From: the human T2T-CHM13v2.0 reference genome, Homo sapiens
DNA length: 64,000 nt
Assembly (NCBI RefSeq): GCF_009914755.1
Contig: NC_060948.1
Strand: one strand, 5' to 3'
The notes below the pieces were generated by a model. That model searched no databases, had not been told where the DNA came from, and saw only the letters and a program-made list of their open reading frames with translations. Shown one piece after another: positions 1 through 14,700 of this stretch (positions within the stretch are counted from its first letter, which is position 1; each line of letters begins with the position of its first letter). A program made the position numbers and the translations under genes.

Positions 1-3000
1 CCTTAGTGGTGAGTGTTACAGCACTTAAGGTTGTTATGTCCAGAGTCTGTTCTTTCAGATGTGTCCAGAGTTTCTTCAATCTGGAAGGTTCACGGTCTTG
101 CACACTTCAAGAATGATGCTGCAGACATCTATGGTGAGTGTTACAGCACTTAAAGGTGTTATATCCAGAGTTTGTTCGTTCAGATGTGTTCAGAGTTTCT
201 TTCTTATGGCAGTTTCATGGTCTTGCTCACTTCAAGAATGAAGCTGCAGACCTTTACGGTTAGTTTTAAAGCATATAAAGGTGTTATGTCCAGAGTTTGG
301 TCATTCAGATGTGTCCAGAGTTTCTTCCTTCGGGCAGGTTCATTGTCTTGCTCACTTCAAGAATGAAGCTGTAAACCTTGGTGGTGAGTGTTACAGCACT
401 TAAAGGTGTTATGTCCAGAGTTTGTTTCATCAGATGTGTATAGAGTTTCTTCCTTCTGGCAGGTTCATGGTCTTGCTCACTTCAAGAATGAAGCTGCAGA
501 CCTTTATGGTGAGTTTTACATCAGTTAAAGTTGTTATGTCCAGAATTTGTTCCTTCAGGTGTCCAGAGTTTCTTTCTTCTGGCAGGTTCATGGACTTGCT
601 CACTTCAAGAATGAAGCTCCAGACGTTTATGGTGAGTTTTACATCACTTAAAGGTGTTATGTCCGGAGTTTGTTCCTTCAGTTGTGTCCAGAGTTTCTTC
701 CTTCTGGCAGGTTCATGGTCTTGCTCACTTCAAGAATGAAACTGCAGACCTTTAAGGTTAGTGTTACAGCACTTAAAGGTATTATGTCCAGAGTTTGTTC
801 CTTCAGATGTGTCCAGAGTTTCTTCCTTCTGGCAGGTTCATGGTCTTGCTAGCTTCAAGAATGAAGCTGCAGACATTTACGGTGAGTGTTACAGCACTTA
901 ATGTTGTTATTTCGAGAGTTTGTTCCTTCAGATGTGTCCAGAATTTCTTTCTTCTGGTAGGTTCATGGACTAGCTCACTTCAAGAATGAAGCTCCAGAAG
1001 TTTACGGTGAGTTTTACGTCATTTAAAGGTGTTATGTCCAGAGTTTGTTCCTTCAGTTGTGTCCAGAGTTTCTTCCTTCTGGCAGGTTCATGGTCTTGCT
1101 CACTTCAAGAATGAAACTGCAGACCTTCACGCTGAGTGTTACAGCACTTAATGTTGTTATTTCGAGAGTTTTTTCCTTCAGATGTATCCAGAGTTTCTTC
1201 CTTCTGGCAGGTTCATGGTCTTGCACAGTTCAAGAATGAAGCTGCATACCTTAGTGGTGAGCGTTACAGCACTTACGTTTTTATGTCCAGAGTTTGTTCC
1301 TTCAGATGTGTCCAGACTTTCTTCCATCTGGCAGGTTCATGGTCTTGCTCACTTCAAGAGTGAAGCTGCAGAATTTAGTGGTGAGTGTTACAGCACTTAA
1401 AGGTGTTAGGTCCAGAGTTTGTTCCTTCAGATGTGTCCAGATATTCTTCCTTCTGGCATGTTCATGGTCTTGCTCAGTTCAAGAAAGAATGAAGCTGCAG
1501 ACATTTACGGTGAGTGTTACAGCACTTAAAGTTGTTATATCCAGAGTTTGTTCCTTCAGATGTGTCCACAGTTTTTTTCTTCTGGCAGTTTCATGGTCTA
1601 GCTCACTTCAAGAAAGAATGAAGCTGCAGACCTTTACGGTGAGTTTTACAGCATATAAAGGTGTTATGTCCAGAGTTTGGTCATTCAGATGTGTCCAGAG
1701 TTTCTTCCTTCGGGCAGGTTCATTGTCTTGCTCACTTCAAGAATGAAGCTGTAAACCTTGGTGGTGAGTGTTACAGCACATAAAGGTGGTATGTCCAGAG
1801 TTTATTCCATCAGATTTGCATAGTGTTTCTTGCTTATGGCAGGTTAATGGCCTTGCTCACTTCAAGAATGAAGCTGCAGACCATTACGGTGAGTGTTACA
1901 GCAGTTAAAGGTGTTATATCCAGAGTTTGTTCCTTCATATGTGTCCAGAGTTTCTTTCTTCTGGCAGGTTCATGGACTAGCTCACTTTAAGAAGGAAGCT
2001 CCAGACTTTTACGGTGATTTTTAAGTCACTTAAATGTGTTATGTCCAGAGTTTGTTCCTTCAGTTCTGTCCAGAGTTTCTTCCTTCTGGCAGGTTCATGG
2101 TCTTGCTCACTTCAAGAATGAAACTGCAGACCTTTACGGTGAGTGTTACAGCACTTAAAGGTATTATGTCCAGAGTTTGTTCCTTCAGATGTGTCCAGAG
2201 TTTCTTCCTTCTGGCAGATTCATGGTCCTGGTCACTTCAAGAATGAAACTGCAGACCATTACCGTGAGTGTTACAGCACTTAAAGGTGTTATGTGCAGAG
2301 TTTGCTCCTTCAGATGTGTCCAGTTTCTTCCTTCTAGCAGGTTCATGGTCTTGCTCACTTGAAGAATGAAACTGTAGACCTTTACGGTAAGTGTTACAGC
2401 ACTGAAAGATGTTATGTGCAGAGTTTGTTCCTTCAGATGTATCCAGAGTTTCCTCCTTCGGGCAGGATCAAGGTCTTGCTCAATTCAAGAATGAAGCTGC
2501 AGACCTTTACGGTGAGTGTTACAGCATTTAAAGGTGTTGTGTCCAGAGTTTGTTAATTCAGATTTCTCCTGACTTTCTTCCTTCTGGCAGGTTCATGGTC
2601 TTGCTCACTTCAAGAATGAAGCTGCAGACCTTAGCGGTGAGTGTTACACCACTTAAAGGTGTTATGTCCAGAGTTTGTTCCTTCAGATGTGTCCAGAGTT
2701 TCTTCCTTCTGGCAGGTTCATGGTCTTGCTCACTTCAAGAATGAAACTGCAGACCATTACGGTGAGTGTTACAGCACTTATAGGTGTTATGTCCAGAGTT
2801 TGTTCCTTCAGATGTGTCCAGTTTCTTCCTTCTGGCCTGTTCATGGTCTTGCTCACTTTAAGAAAGAATGAAGCTGCAGACCTTTACGGAGAGTGATACA
2901 GCACTTAAAGGTGTTATATCCAGTGATTGTTCCTTCAGATGTGTCCAGAGTTTCTTTCTTATGGCAGTTTCATGGTCTTGCTCACTTCAAGAAAGAATGA

Positions 3001-5750
3001 AGCTGCAGACCTTTACGGTGAGTTTTACAGCATATAAAGGTGTTATGTCCAGAGATTTTTCCTTCAGATGTGTCCAGAGTTTCTTCCTTCTGGCAGGTTC
3101 ATGGTCTTGCTCACTTCAAGAATGAAGCTGCAGACCTTAGTGGTGAGCGTTACAGCACTTACGTTTTTATGTCCAGAGTTTGTTCCTTCAGATGTGTCCA
3201 GAGTTTCTTCCTTCTGGCAGGTTCATGGTCTTGCTGACCACAAGAATGAATCTGCAGACCTTTACGGTGAGTGTTACAGGATTTAAAGGTGTTATGTCCA
3301 GAGTTTGCTCCTTCAGGTGTGTCCAGAATTTCTACCTTCTGGCAGGTTTATGGTCTTGCTCACTTCAAGAATGAAGCTGCAGACCATCACGGTGAGTGTT
3401 ACAGCACTTAAAGGTGTTATATCCAGAGTTTGTTCCTTCAGATGTATCCAGAGTTTCTTTCTTCTGGCAGGTTCATGGACTAGCTCACTTCAAGAATGAA
3501 GCTCCAGACCTTTACGGTGAGTTTTACGTCACTTAAAGGTGTTATGTCCAGAGATTGTTCCTTCAGTTGTGTCCAGAGTTACTTCCTTCTAGCAGGTTCA
3601 TGGTCTTGCTCACTTCAAGAATGAAACTGCAGACCTTTACGGTGAGTGTTACAGCAGTTAAAGGTATTGTGTCCAGAGTTTGTTTCTTCAGATGTGTCCA
3701 GAGTTTCTTCCTTCTGGCAGGTTCATGGTCTTGCTACCTTCCAGAATGAAGCTGCAGACATTTAAGGTAAGTGTTACAGCACTTAAAGGTGTTATGTCCA
3801 GAGTTTGTTCCTTCAGATGTGTCCAGAGTTTCTTCCTTCTGGCAGGTTCATGGTCTTGCTCACTTCAAGAACGAAACTGCAGACCATTACGGTGAGTGTT
3901 ACAGCACTTAAAGGTGTTATGTCCAGAGTTTGTTCCTTCAGATGTGTCCAGTTTGTTCCTTCTGGCAGGTTCATGGTCTTGCTCACTTCAAGAATGAAAC
4001 TGTACACCTTTACAGTGAGTGTTACAGCACTGAAAGATGTTATGTCCAGAGTTTGTTCCTTCAGATGTGTCCAGAGTTTCTTCCATCTGGCAGGTTCATG
4101 GTCTTGCTCGCTTCAAGAATGAAGCTGCAGACCTTAGTGGTGAGTGTTACAGCACTTAAAGGTGTTGTGTCCAGATTTTTTTCCTTCAGATGTGTCCAGA
4201 GTTTCTTCCATCTGGCAGGTTCATGGTCTTGCTCACTTCAAGAGTGAAGCTGCAGAATTCCGTGGTGACTGTTACAGCACTTAAAGGTGTTATGTCCAGA
4301 GTTTGTTCCTTCAGATGTGTCCAGATATTCTTCCTTCTGGCAGGTTCATGGTGTTCCTCACTTCAACAAGGAATGAAACTGCAGACCTTTACGGTGAGTG
4401 TTACAGCATATAAAGATGTTATGTCTAGAGTTTCGTCCTTCAGACGTGTCCAGAGTTTCTTCCTTCGGGCAGGTTCATGGTCTTGCTCACTTCAAGAATG
4501 AAGCTGCAGAACTTTACGGTGAGTGTTACAGCATTTAAAGGTGTTATGTCGTGTTTGTTCCTTCAGATGTGTCCAGAGTTTCTTGCTTCTGGCAGGTTCA
4601 TGGTCTTGCTCACTTCAAGAATGAAGCTGCAGACCTAGGTGTCAGTGTTACAGCACTTAAAGGTGTTTTGTCCAGAGTTTTTTCCGTCAGATATGTCTAG
4701 TGTTTCTTTCTTCTGGCAGGTTCATGGTCTTGCTCACTTCAAGAATGAAGCTGCAGACCTTAGTTCTGAGTGTTACAGCACTTAAAGTTGTTATGTCCAG
4801 AGTTTGTTCGTTCAGATGTGTCCAGAGTTAATTCAATCTGGCAGGTTCATGGTCTTGCTCACTTCAAGAATGATGCTGCAGACCTTTACGTTGAGTGTTA
4901 CAACACTTAAAGGTGTTATATCCAGAGTTTGTTCCTTCAGATGTGTCCAGAGTTTCTTTCTTCTGACAGGTTCATGGTCTTGCTCACTTCAAGAAAGAAT
5001 GAAGCTGCACACCTTTACTGTGAGTGTTACAGCATAGAAAGGTGTTATATCGAGAGTTTGGTCCTTCAGATGTGTCCAGAGTTTCTTCCTTCGGGCAGGT
5101 TCATGGTCTTGCTCAATACAAGAATGAAGCTGCAGACCTTGGTGTTGAGTGTTACAACACTTAAAGGTGTTATGTCCAGAGTTTGTTCCATCAGATTTGC
5201 ATAGAGTTTCTTCCTTATGGCAGGTTCATGGTCTTGCTCACTTCAAGAATGAAGCTGCAGATCATTACGGTGAGTGTTACAGCACTTAAAGGTGTTATAT
5301 CCAGAGTTTGTTCCTTCAGATGTGTCCAGAGTTTCTTTCTTCTGGCAGGTTCATGGACTAGCTCACTTCAAGAATGAAGCTCCAGACTTTTACGGTGAGT
5401 TTTAAGTCACTTAAAGGTGTTATGTCCAGAGTTTGTTCCTTCAGTTCTGTCCAGAGTTTCTTCCTTCTGGCAGGTTCATGGTCTTGCTCACTTCAAGAAT
5501 GACACTGCAGACCTTTACGGTGAGTGTTACAGCACTTAAAGGTATTATGTCCAGAGTTTGTTCCTTCAGATGTGTCCAGAGTTTCTTTCTTCTGGCAGGT
5601 TCATGGTTTTGCTCACTTCAATAATGAATCTCCAGTCCTTTACGGTGAGTGTTACAGCACTTAATGGTGTTATGTCCAGAGTTTATTCCTTCAGATGTGT
5701 CCAGAGTTTCTTCCTTCTGGCAGGTTCATGGTCTTGCTCACTTCAAGAAT
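1..5750. repeat. Satellite sub-domain 1 (variant set shared with the 37.7-50.2 kb region)
   Basis: Markers GTTATTTCGAGAG (~904, ~1154), GCACTTACGTTTTTATG (~1269, ~3155), GTTAATTCAGATTT (~2552), TTTAAGGT(T/A)AGTG (~751, ~3761). Lacks the TGTAAAGAG marker. Confidence 0.55.
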
Positions 5751-8700
5751 GAAGCTGCAGACCTTAGTGGAGAGTGTTACAGCACTTAAAGGTGTTATGT
5801 AAAGAGTTTGTTCCTTCAGATGTGTCCAAAGTTTCTTCAATCTGGCAGGTTCATGGTCTTTCTCACTTCAAGAGTGAAGCTGCAGAATTTAGTGGTGAGT
5901 GTTACAGCACTTAAAGGTGTTATGTCCAGAGTTTGTTACTTCAGATTTGTCCAGATATTCTTCCTTCTGGCAGGTTCATGGTCTTGCTCACTTCAAGAAA
6001 GAATGAAGCTGCAGACCTTTACGGTGAGTGTTACAGCATATAAAGGCGTTATGTCCAGAGTTTGGTCCTTCAGATTTGTCCAGAATTTCTTCCTTCGGGC
6101 AGGTTCATGGTCTTGCTCACTTCAAGAATGAAGCTGCAGACCTTGGTGGTGAGTGTTACAGCACTTAAATATGTTATGTCCAGATTTTGATCCATGTGAT
6201 GTGCATAGAGTTTCTTCCTTCTGGCAGGTTCATGGTCTTGCTCACTTGAAGAATGAAGCTGCAGACCTTAGTGGTGAGTGTTACAGCACTTAAAGGTGTT
6301 ATGTCCAGAGTTTGTTCCGTGTGATGTGTGCAGAGTTTCTTCCTTCTGGCAGGTTCATGGTCTTGCTCACTTCAAGAATGATGCTGCAGACCTTTACGGT
6401 GAGTGTTACAGCACTTAAAGGTGTTATATCCAGAGTTTGTTCCTTGATATGTGTCCAGAGTTTCCTTCTTTTGGCAGTTTCATGGTCTTGCTCACTTCAA
6501 GAATGAAGCTCCAGACCTTTACGGTGAGTTTTACAGCACTTAAAGGTGTTATGTCCAGAGATTGTTCCTTCAGTTGTGTCCAGAGTTTCTTTCTTCTGGC
6601 AGTATCATGGTCTTGCTCACTTCAAGAATGAAACTGCAGACCTTTACGGTGAGTGTTACAACACTTAAAGGAATTATGTCCAGAGTTTTTTCCGTCAGAT
6701 GTGTACAGAGTTTCTTCCTTCTGGCACGTTCATGGTCTTGCTAGCTTCAAGAATGAACCTCCAGTCTTTACGGTGAGTGTTACAGCACTTAAAGGTGTTA
6801 TGTCCAGAGTTTGTTCCTTCAGATGTGTCCAGAGTTTCTTCCTTCTGGCAGGTTCATGATTTGCTCAATTCAAGAATGAAACTGCAGACCCTTACGGTGA
6901 GTGTTACACCACTTAAAGGTGTTATGTCCAGAGTTTGTTCTTACAGATGTATCCACAGTTTCTTCCTTCTGGCAGGTTCATGGTCTTGCTCACTTCAAGT
7001 AAGAAGCTGCAGACCTTAGTGGTGAGTGTTACAACACTTAAAGGTGTTATGTCCAGAGTTTGTTCCTTGTGATGTGTGCAGAGTTTCTTCCTTCTGGCAA
7101 GTTCATTGTCTTGCTCACTTCAAGAATGAAGCTGTAGACCTTGGTGGTGAGTGTTACAGCACTTACAGGTGTTATGTCCCGAGTTTGTTCCATCAGATGT
7201 GTCCAGAGTTTCTTCCTTTTGGCAGGTTCATGGTCTTGCTCACTTCAAGAATGAAGCTGCAGACCTTAGTGGTGAGTGTTACAGCACTTAAAGGTGTTAT
7301 GTAGAGAGTTTGTTCCTCGTGATGTGTGGAGAGTTTCTTCCTTCTGGCAGGTTCATGGTCTTGCTCACATCAAGAATGATGCTGCAGACCTTTACGGTGA
7401 AAGTTACAGTACTTAAAGGTGTTATATCCACAGTTTGTTCCTTCAGATGTGTCCAGAGTTTCTTTCTTCTGGCAGTTTCATGGTCTTGCTCACTTCAAGA
7501 ATGAAGCTCCAGACCTTTACGGTGAGTTTTACAGCACTTAAAGGTGTTATGTCCAGAGTTTGTTCCTTCAGTTGTGTCCAGAGTTTCTTCCTTCTGGCAG
7601 GTTCATTGTCTTGCTCAGTTCAAGAATGAAACTGCAGACCTTTACGGTGAGTGTTACAGCACTTAAAGGCATTATGTCCAGAGTTTTTTCCTTCAGATGT
7701 GTACAGAGTTTCTTCCTTCTGGCAGGTTCATGGTCTTGCTCACTTGAAGAATGAAACTGCAGACCCTTACGGTGAGTGTTACATCACTTAAAGTTGTTAT
7801 GTCCAGAGTTTGTTCTTTCAGATGTGTCCACAGTTTATTCCTTCTGGCAGGTTCATGGTCTTGCTCACTTCAAGAATGAAACTGCAGACCTTTACGGTGA
7901 GTGTTACAGCACTAAAAGGTATTATGTCCAGAGATTTTTCCTTCAGATGTGTACAGAGTTTCTTCCTTCTGGCAGGTTCATGGTCTTGCTAGCTTCAAGA
8001 ATGAACCTCCAGTCCTTTATGGTGAGTGTTACATCACTTAAAGGTGTTATGTCCAGAGTTTGTTCTTTCAGAAGTGTCCACAGTTTCTTCCTTCTGGCAG
8101 ATTCATGGTCTTTCTCACTTCAAGTATGAAGCTGCAGACCTTTGTGGTGAGTGTTACAGCACTTACAGGTGTTATGTCCCGAGGTTGTTCCATCAGATGT
8201 GTCCAGAGTTTATTCCTTTTGGCAGGTTCATGGTCTTGCTCTCTTCAAGGATGAATCTGCAGACCTTAGTGGTGAGAGTTACAGCAATTAAAGGTGTTAT
8301 GTCCAGAGTATGTTCCTTCAGATGTGTCCAAAGTTTCTTCAATCTGGCAGGTTCATGGTCTTGCTCACTTCAAGAGTGAAGCTGCAGAATTTAGTGGTGA
8401 GTGTTACAGCACTAAAAGGTGTTATGTCCAGAGTTTGTTACATCAGATGTGTCCAGATATTCTTCCTTCTGTCATGTTCATGGTCTTGCTCACTTCAAGA
8501 AAGAATGAAGCTGCAGACATTTACAGTGAGTGTTACAGCATATAAAGGTGTTATGTCCAGAGTTTGGTCACTCAGATGTGTCCAGAATTTTTTCCTTCGG
8601 GCTGGTTCATGGTCTTGCTCACTTCAAGAATGAAGCTGCAGACCTTGGTGGTGAGTGTTACAGCACTTAAATTTGTTATGTCCAGAGTTTGTTCCATCTG

Positions 8701-11700
8701 ATGTGTATAGTGTTACTTCCTTCTGGCAGGTTCATGGTCTTGCTCACTTCAAGAATGAAGCTGCAGGCCTTAGTGGTGAGTGTTACAGCACTTAAAGGTG
8801 TTATGTCCAGAGTTTGTTCCTTGTGATGTGTCCAGAGTTTCTTCCTTCTGGCAGGTTCATGGTCTTGTTCTCTTCAGGAATGAAGCTGCAGACCTTAGCG
8901 GTGAGCGTTACAGCACTTAAAGGTTTTATGTCCAGAGTTGTTCCATCAGATGTGTCTAGAGTTTCTTCCTTCTGGCAGGTTCATGGTCTTGCTCTCTTCA
9001 AGGATGAAGCTGCAGACTTCAGTGGTGAGTGTTACAGCTCTTAAAGGTGTTATGTAAAGAGTTTGTTACTTCAGATGTGTCCAAAGTTTCTTCAATCTGG
9101 CAGGTTCATGGTCTTGCTCACTTCAAGAGTGAAGCTGCAGAATTTAGTGGTGAGTGTTACAGCACTTAAAGTTGTTATGTCTAGAGTTTGTTACTTCAGA
9201 TGTGTCCAGATATTCTTCCTTCTAGCAAGTTCATGGTCTTGCTCAGTTCAAGAAAGAATGAAGCTGCAGACCTTAGTGGTGAGTGTTACAGCACTTAAAG
9301 GTCTTATGTCCAGAGTTTGTTCCTTGTGATGTGTCCAGAGTTTCTTCCTTCTGGCAGGTTCATGGTCTTGCTCACTTCAAGAATGAAGCTGCAGACCTTT
9401 ACGGTGAGTGTTACAGCACTTAATGTTGTCATGTCCAGAGTTTGTTCCTTCAGATGTGTCCAGAGTTTCTTCATTCTAGCACGTTCATTGTCTTGTTCTC
9501 TTTAAGAATGAAGCTGCAGACCTTAGCGGTGAGCGTTACAGCACTTAAAGGTTTTATATCCAGAGTTTGTTCCATCAGATGTGTCTAGAGTTTCTTCCTT
9601 CTGGCAGGTTCATGGTCTTGCTCACTTCAAGGATGCTGCTGCAGACCTTAGTGGTGAGTGTTACAGCACTTAAAGGTGTTATGTCCAGAGTTTGTTCCTT
9701 GTGAAGTGTGCAGAGTTTCTTCCATCTGGCAGGTTCATGGTCTTGCTCACTTCAAGAATGATGCTGCAGAAATTTACGGTGAATGTTACAGTACTTAAAG
9801 GTGTTATATCCAGAGTTTGTTCCTTCAGATGTGTCCAGATTTTCTTTCTTCTTGCAGGTTCATGGTCTTGCTCACTTCAAGAATGAAGCTCCAGACCTTT
9901 ACGGTGAGTTTTACAGCACTTAAAGGTGTTATGTCCAGAGTTTGTTCCTTCAGTTGTGTCCAGAGTTTCTTCCTTCTGGCAGGTTCATGGTCTTGCTCAC
10001 TTCAAGAATGAAACTGCAGACCTTTACGGTGAGGGTTACAGCACTTAAAGGTATTATGTCCAGAGTTTTTTCCTTCAGATGTGTACAGAGTTTCTTCCTT
10101 CTGGCAGGTTCATGGTCTTGCTAGCTTCAAGAATGAACCTCCAGTCCTTTACGGTGAGTGTTACAGCACTTAAAGGTGTTATGTCCAGAGTTTTTTCCTT
10201 CAGATGTGTCCAGAGTTTCTTCCTTCTGGCCGGTTCATGGTCTTGCTCACTTCCAGAATGAAACTGCAGACCCTTACGGTGAGTGTTACAGGACCTAAAG
10301 GTGTTATGTCCATAGTTTGTTCTTTCAGATGTGTCCACAGTTTCTTCCTTCTGGCAGGTTCATGGTCTTGCTCACTTCAAGAATGAAGCTGCAGACCTTG
10401 GTGATGAGTGTTACAGCACTTTCAAGTGTTATGTCCCGAGTTTGTTCCATCAGATGTGTCCAGAGTTTCTTCCTTTTGGCAGGTTCATGGTCTTGCTCAC
10501 TTCAAGAATGAAGCTGCAGACCTCAGTGGTGAGTGTTACAGCACTTAAAGGTGTTATGTAAAGAGTTTGTTCCTTCAGATGTGTCCAAAATTTCTTCAAT
10601 CTGGCGGGTTCATGGTCTTGCTCACTTCAAGAGTGAAGCTGCAGAATTTACTGGTGAGTGTTACAGCACTAAAAGGTGTCATGTCCAGAGTTTTTTACTT
10701 CAGTTGTGTCCAGATATTCTTCCTTCTGGCAGGTTCATGGTCTTGCTCACTTCAAGAAAGAATGAAGCTGCAGACCTTTACGGTGAGTGTTACAGCACTT
10801 AAAGGTGTTATGTAAAGAGTTTGTTCCTTCAGATGTGTCCAAAGTTTCTTCAATCTGGCAGGTTCATGGTCTTGCTCACTTCAAGAATGAAGCTGCAGAC
10901 CTCAGTGGTGAGAGTTACAGCACTTAAAGGTGTTATGTAAAGAGTTTGTTCCTTCAGATGTGTCCAAATTTTCTTCAATCTGGCAGGTTCATGGTCTTGC
11001 TCACTTCAAGAGTGAAGCTGCAGAATTTAGTGGTGAGTGTTACAGCACTTAAAGTTGTTATGTCTAGAGTTTGTTACTTCAGATGTGTCCAGATAGTCTT
11101 CCTTCTGGCAGGTTCATGGTCTTGCTCACTTCAAGAAAGAATGAAGCTGCAGACCTTTACGGTGAGTGTCACAGCATATAAAGGTGTTATGTCCAGAGTT
11201 TGGTCCTTCAGATGTGTCCAGAATTTTTTCCTTCGTACTGGTTCATGGTCTTGCTCACTTCAAGAATGAAGCTGCAGTCCTTGGTGGTGAGTATTAGAGC
11301 CCTTAAATGTGTAATGTCGAGAGTTTGTTCCATCTGATGTGTATAGTGTTTCTTCCTTCTTTCAGGTTCATGGTCTTGCTCACTTCAAGAATGAAGCTGC
11401 AGACCTTAGTGGTGAGTGTTACAACACTTAAAGGTGTTATGTCCAGAGTTTGTTCCTTGTTATGTGTCCAGAGTTTCTTCCTTCTGGCAGGTTCATGGTC
11501 TTGCTCACTTCAAGAATGAAGCTGCAGACCTTTACGGTGAGTGTTACAGCACTTAACGTTGTCATGTCCAGAGTTTGTTCCTTCAGATATGTCCAGAGTT
11601 TCTTCATTCTGGCAGGTTCATGGTCTTGTTCTCTTCAAGAATGAAGCTGCAGACCTTAGCGGTGAGCGTTACAACACTTAAAGGTTTTATGTCCAGAGTT

Positions 11701-14700
11701 TGTTCCATCAGATGTGTCTAGAGTTTCTTCCTTCTGGCAGGTTCATGGTCTTGCTCACTTCAAGGATGAAGCTGCAGACCTTAGTGGTGAGTGTTACAGC
11801 ACTTAAAGGTGTTATGTCCAGAGTTTCTTCCTTTTGATGTGTGCAGAGTTTCTTCCTTCTGGCAGGTTCATTTCTTGCTCACTTCAAAAATGATGCTGCA
11901 GACCTTTACGGTGAATGTTACAGTACTTAAAGGTGTTATATCCAGAGTTTGTTCCTTCTGATGTGTCCAGATTTTCCGTCTTCTTGCAGTTTCATGGTCT
12001 TGCTCACTTCAAGAATGAAGCTCCAGACCTTTACGGTGAGTTTTACAGCACTTAAAGGTGTTATGTCCAGAGTTTGTTCCTTCAGATGTGTCTAGAGTTT
12101 CTTCCTTCTGGCAGGTTCATGGTCTTGCTCACTTCAAGAATGATGCTGCAGACATTTACGGTGAAAGTTACAGTACTTAAAGTTGTTATATCCAGTGTTT
12201 GTTCCTTCAGATGTGTCCAGAGTTTCTTCCTTCTGGCAGGTTCATTGTCTTGCTCATTTCAAGAATGAAATTGCAGACCTTAGTGGTGAGAGTTACAGCA
12301 CTTAAAGGTGTTATGTCCAGAGTATGTTCCTTCAGATGTGTCCAAAGTTTCTTCAATCTGACAGGTTCATGGTCTTGCTCACTTCAAGAGTGAAGCTGCA
12401 GAATTTAGTGGTGAGTGTTACAGCACTAAAAGGTGTTATGTCCAGAGTTTGTTCCTTGTGATGTGTCCAGAGTTTCTTCCTTCTGGCAGGTTCGTGGTCT
12501 TGTTCACTTCAAGAATTAAGATGCAAACCTTTACGGTGAGTGTTACAGCACTTAATGTTGTCATGTCCAGAGTTTGTTCCTTCAGATGTGTCCAGGGTTT
12601 CTGTCTTCTGGCAGGTTCATGGTCTTGCTCACTTCAAGAATGAAGCTGCAGACCTTAGTGGTGAGTGTTACAGCACTTAAAGTTGTTATGTCCAGAGTTT
12701 GTTCCTTGTGATGTGTCCAGAGTTTCTTCCTTCTGGGAGGTTCGTGGTCTTCTTCTCTTCAGGAATGAAGCTGCAGACCTTAGCGGTGAGCGTTACAGCA
12801 CTTAAAGGTTTTATGTCCAGAGTTTGTTCCATCAGATGTGTCTAGAGTTTGTTCCTTCTGGCAGGTTCATGGTCTTGCTCACTTCAAGGATGAAGCTGCA
12901 GACCTTATTGGTGAGTGTTACAGCACTTAAAGGTGTTATGACCAGAGTTTGTTCCTTGTGATGTGTGTAGAGTTTCTTCCTTCTGGCAGGTTCATGGTCT
13001 TGCTCACTTCAAGAATGATGCTGCAGACATTTATGGTGAATGTTACAGTACTTAAAGGTGTTATATCCAGAGTTTGTTCCTTCAGATGTGTCCAGATTTT
13101 CTTTCTTCTTGCAGTGTCATGGTCTTGCTCACTTCAAGAATGAAGCTCCAGACCTTTACGGTGAGTTCTAAAGCACTTAAAGGTGTTATGTCCAGAGTTT
13201 GTTCCTTCGGTAGTGTCCAGAGTCTCTTCCTTCTGGCAGGTTCATGGTCTTGCTCACTTCAAGAATGAAACTGCAGACCTTTACGGAGGGTGTTACAGCA
13301 CTTAAAGGTATTACGTCCAGAGTTTTTTCCTTCAGATGTGTACAGAGTTTCTTCCTTCTGGCAGGTTCATGGTCTTGCTAGCTTCAAGAATGAACCTCCA
13401 GTCCTTTACGGTGAGTGTTACAGCAGTTAAAGGTGTTATGTCCAGAGTTTGTTCCTTTAGATGTGTCCAGAGTTTCTTCCTTCTGGCAGGTTCATGGTCT
13501 TGCTCACTTCAAGAATGAAACTGCAGACCCTGACGGTGAGAGTTACAGCACTTAAAGGTGTTATGTCCAGAGTTTGTTCTTTCAGACGTGTCCACAGTTT
13601 CTTCCTTCTGGCAGGTTCATGGTCTTGCTCAATTCAAGCATGAAGCTGCAGAACTTTTTGGTGAGTGTTACAGCACTTACAGGTGTTATGTCCCGAGTTT
13701 GTTCCATCAGATATGTCCAGAGTTTCTTCCTTTTGACAGGTTCATGGTCTTGCTCACTTCAAGAATGAAGCTGCAGACCTCAGTGGTGAGTGTTACAGCA
13801 CTTAAAGGTGTTATGTAAAGAGTTTGTTCCTTCAGATGTGTCCAAAGTTTCTTCAATCTGGCAGGTTCATGGTCTTGCTCACTTCAAGAGTGAAGCTGCA
13901 GAATTTAGTGGTGAGTGTTACAGCACTTAAAAGTGTTATGTCTAGAGTTTGTTACTTTAGATGTGTCCAGATATTCTTCCTTCTGTCAGGTTCATGGTCT
14001 TGCTCACTTCAAGAAAGAATGAAGCTGCAGACCTTTACGGTGAGTGTTACAGCATATAAAGGTGTTATGTCCAGAGTTTGGTCCTTCAGATATGTCCAGA
14101 ATTTCTTCCTTCGGGCTGGTTCATGGTCTTCCTCACTTCAAGAATGAAGCTGCAGACCTTGGTGGTGAGTGTTATAGCACTTAAATATGTTATGTCCAGA
14201 GTTTGTTCCATCAGATGTGTCTAGAGTTTCTTCCTTCTGGCAGGTTCATGGTCTTGCTCACTTCAAGGATGAAGCTGCAGACCTTAGTGGTGTGTGTTAC
14301 AGCACTTAAAGGTGTTATGTCCAGAGTTTCTTCCTTTTGATGTGTGCAGAGTTTCTTCCTTCTGGCAGGTTCATTTCTTGCTCACTTCAAAAATGATGCT
14401 GCAGACCTTTACGGTGAATGTTACAGTACTTAAAGGTCTTATATACAGAGTTTGTTCCTTCTGATGTGTCCAGGTTTTCTTTCTTCTTGCAGTTTCATGG
14501 TCTTGCTCACTTCAAGAATGAAGCTCCAGACCTTTACGGTGAGTTTTACAGCACTTAAAGCTGTTATGTCCAGAGTTTGTTCCTTCAGATGTGTCTAGAA
14601 TTTCTTCCTTCTGGAAGTTTCATGGTCTTGCTCACTTCAAGAATGATGCTGCAGACATTTACGGTGAAAGTTACAGTACTTAAAGTTGTTATATCCAGTG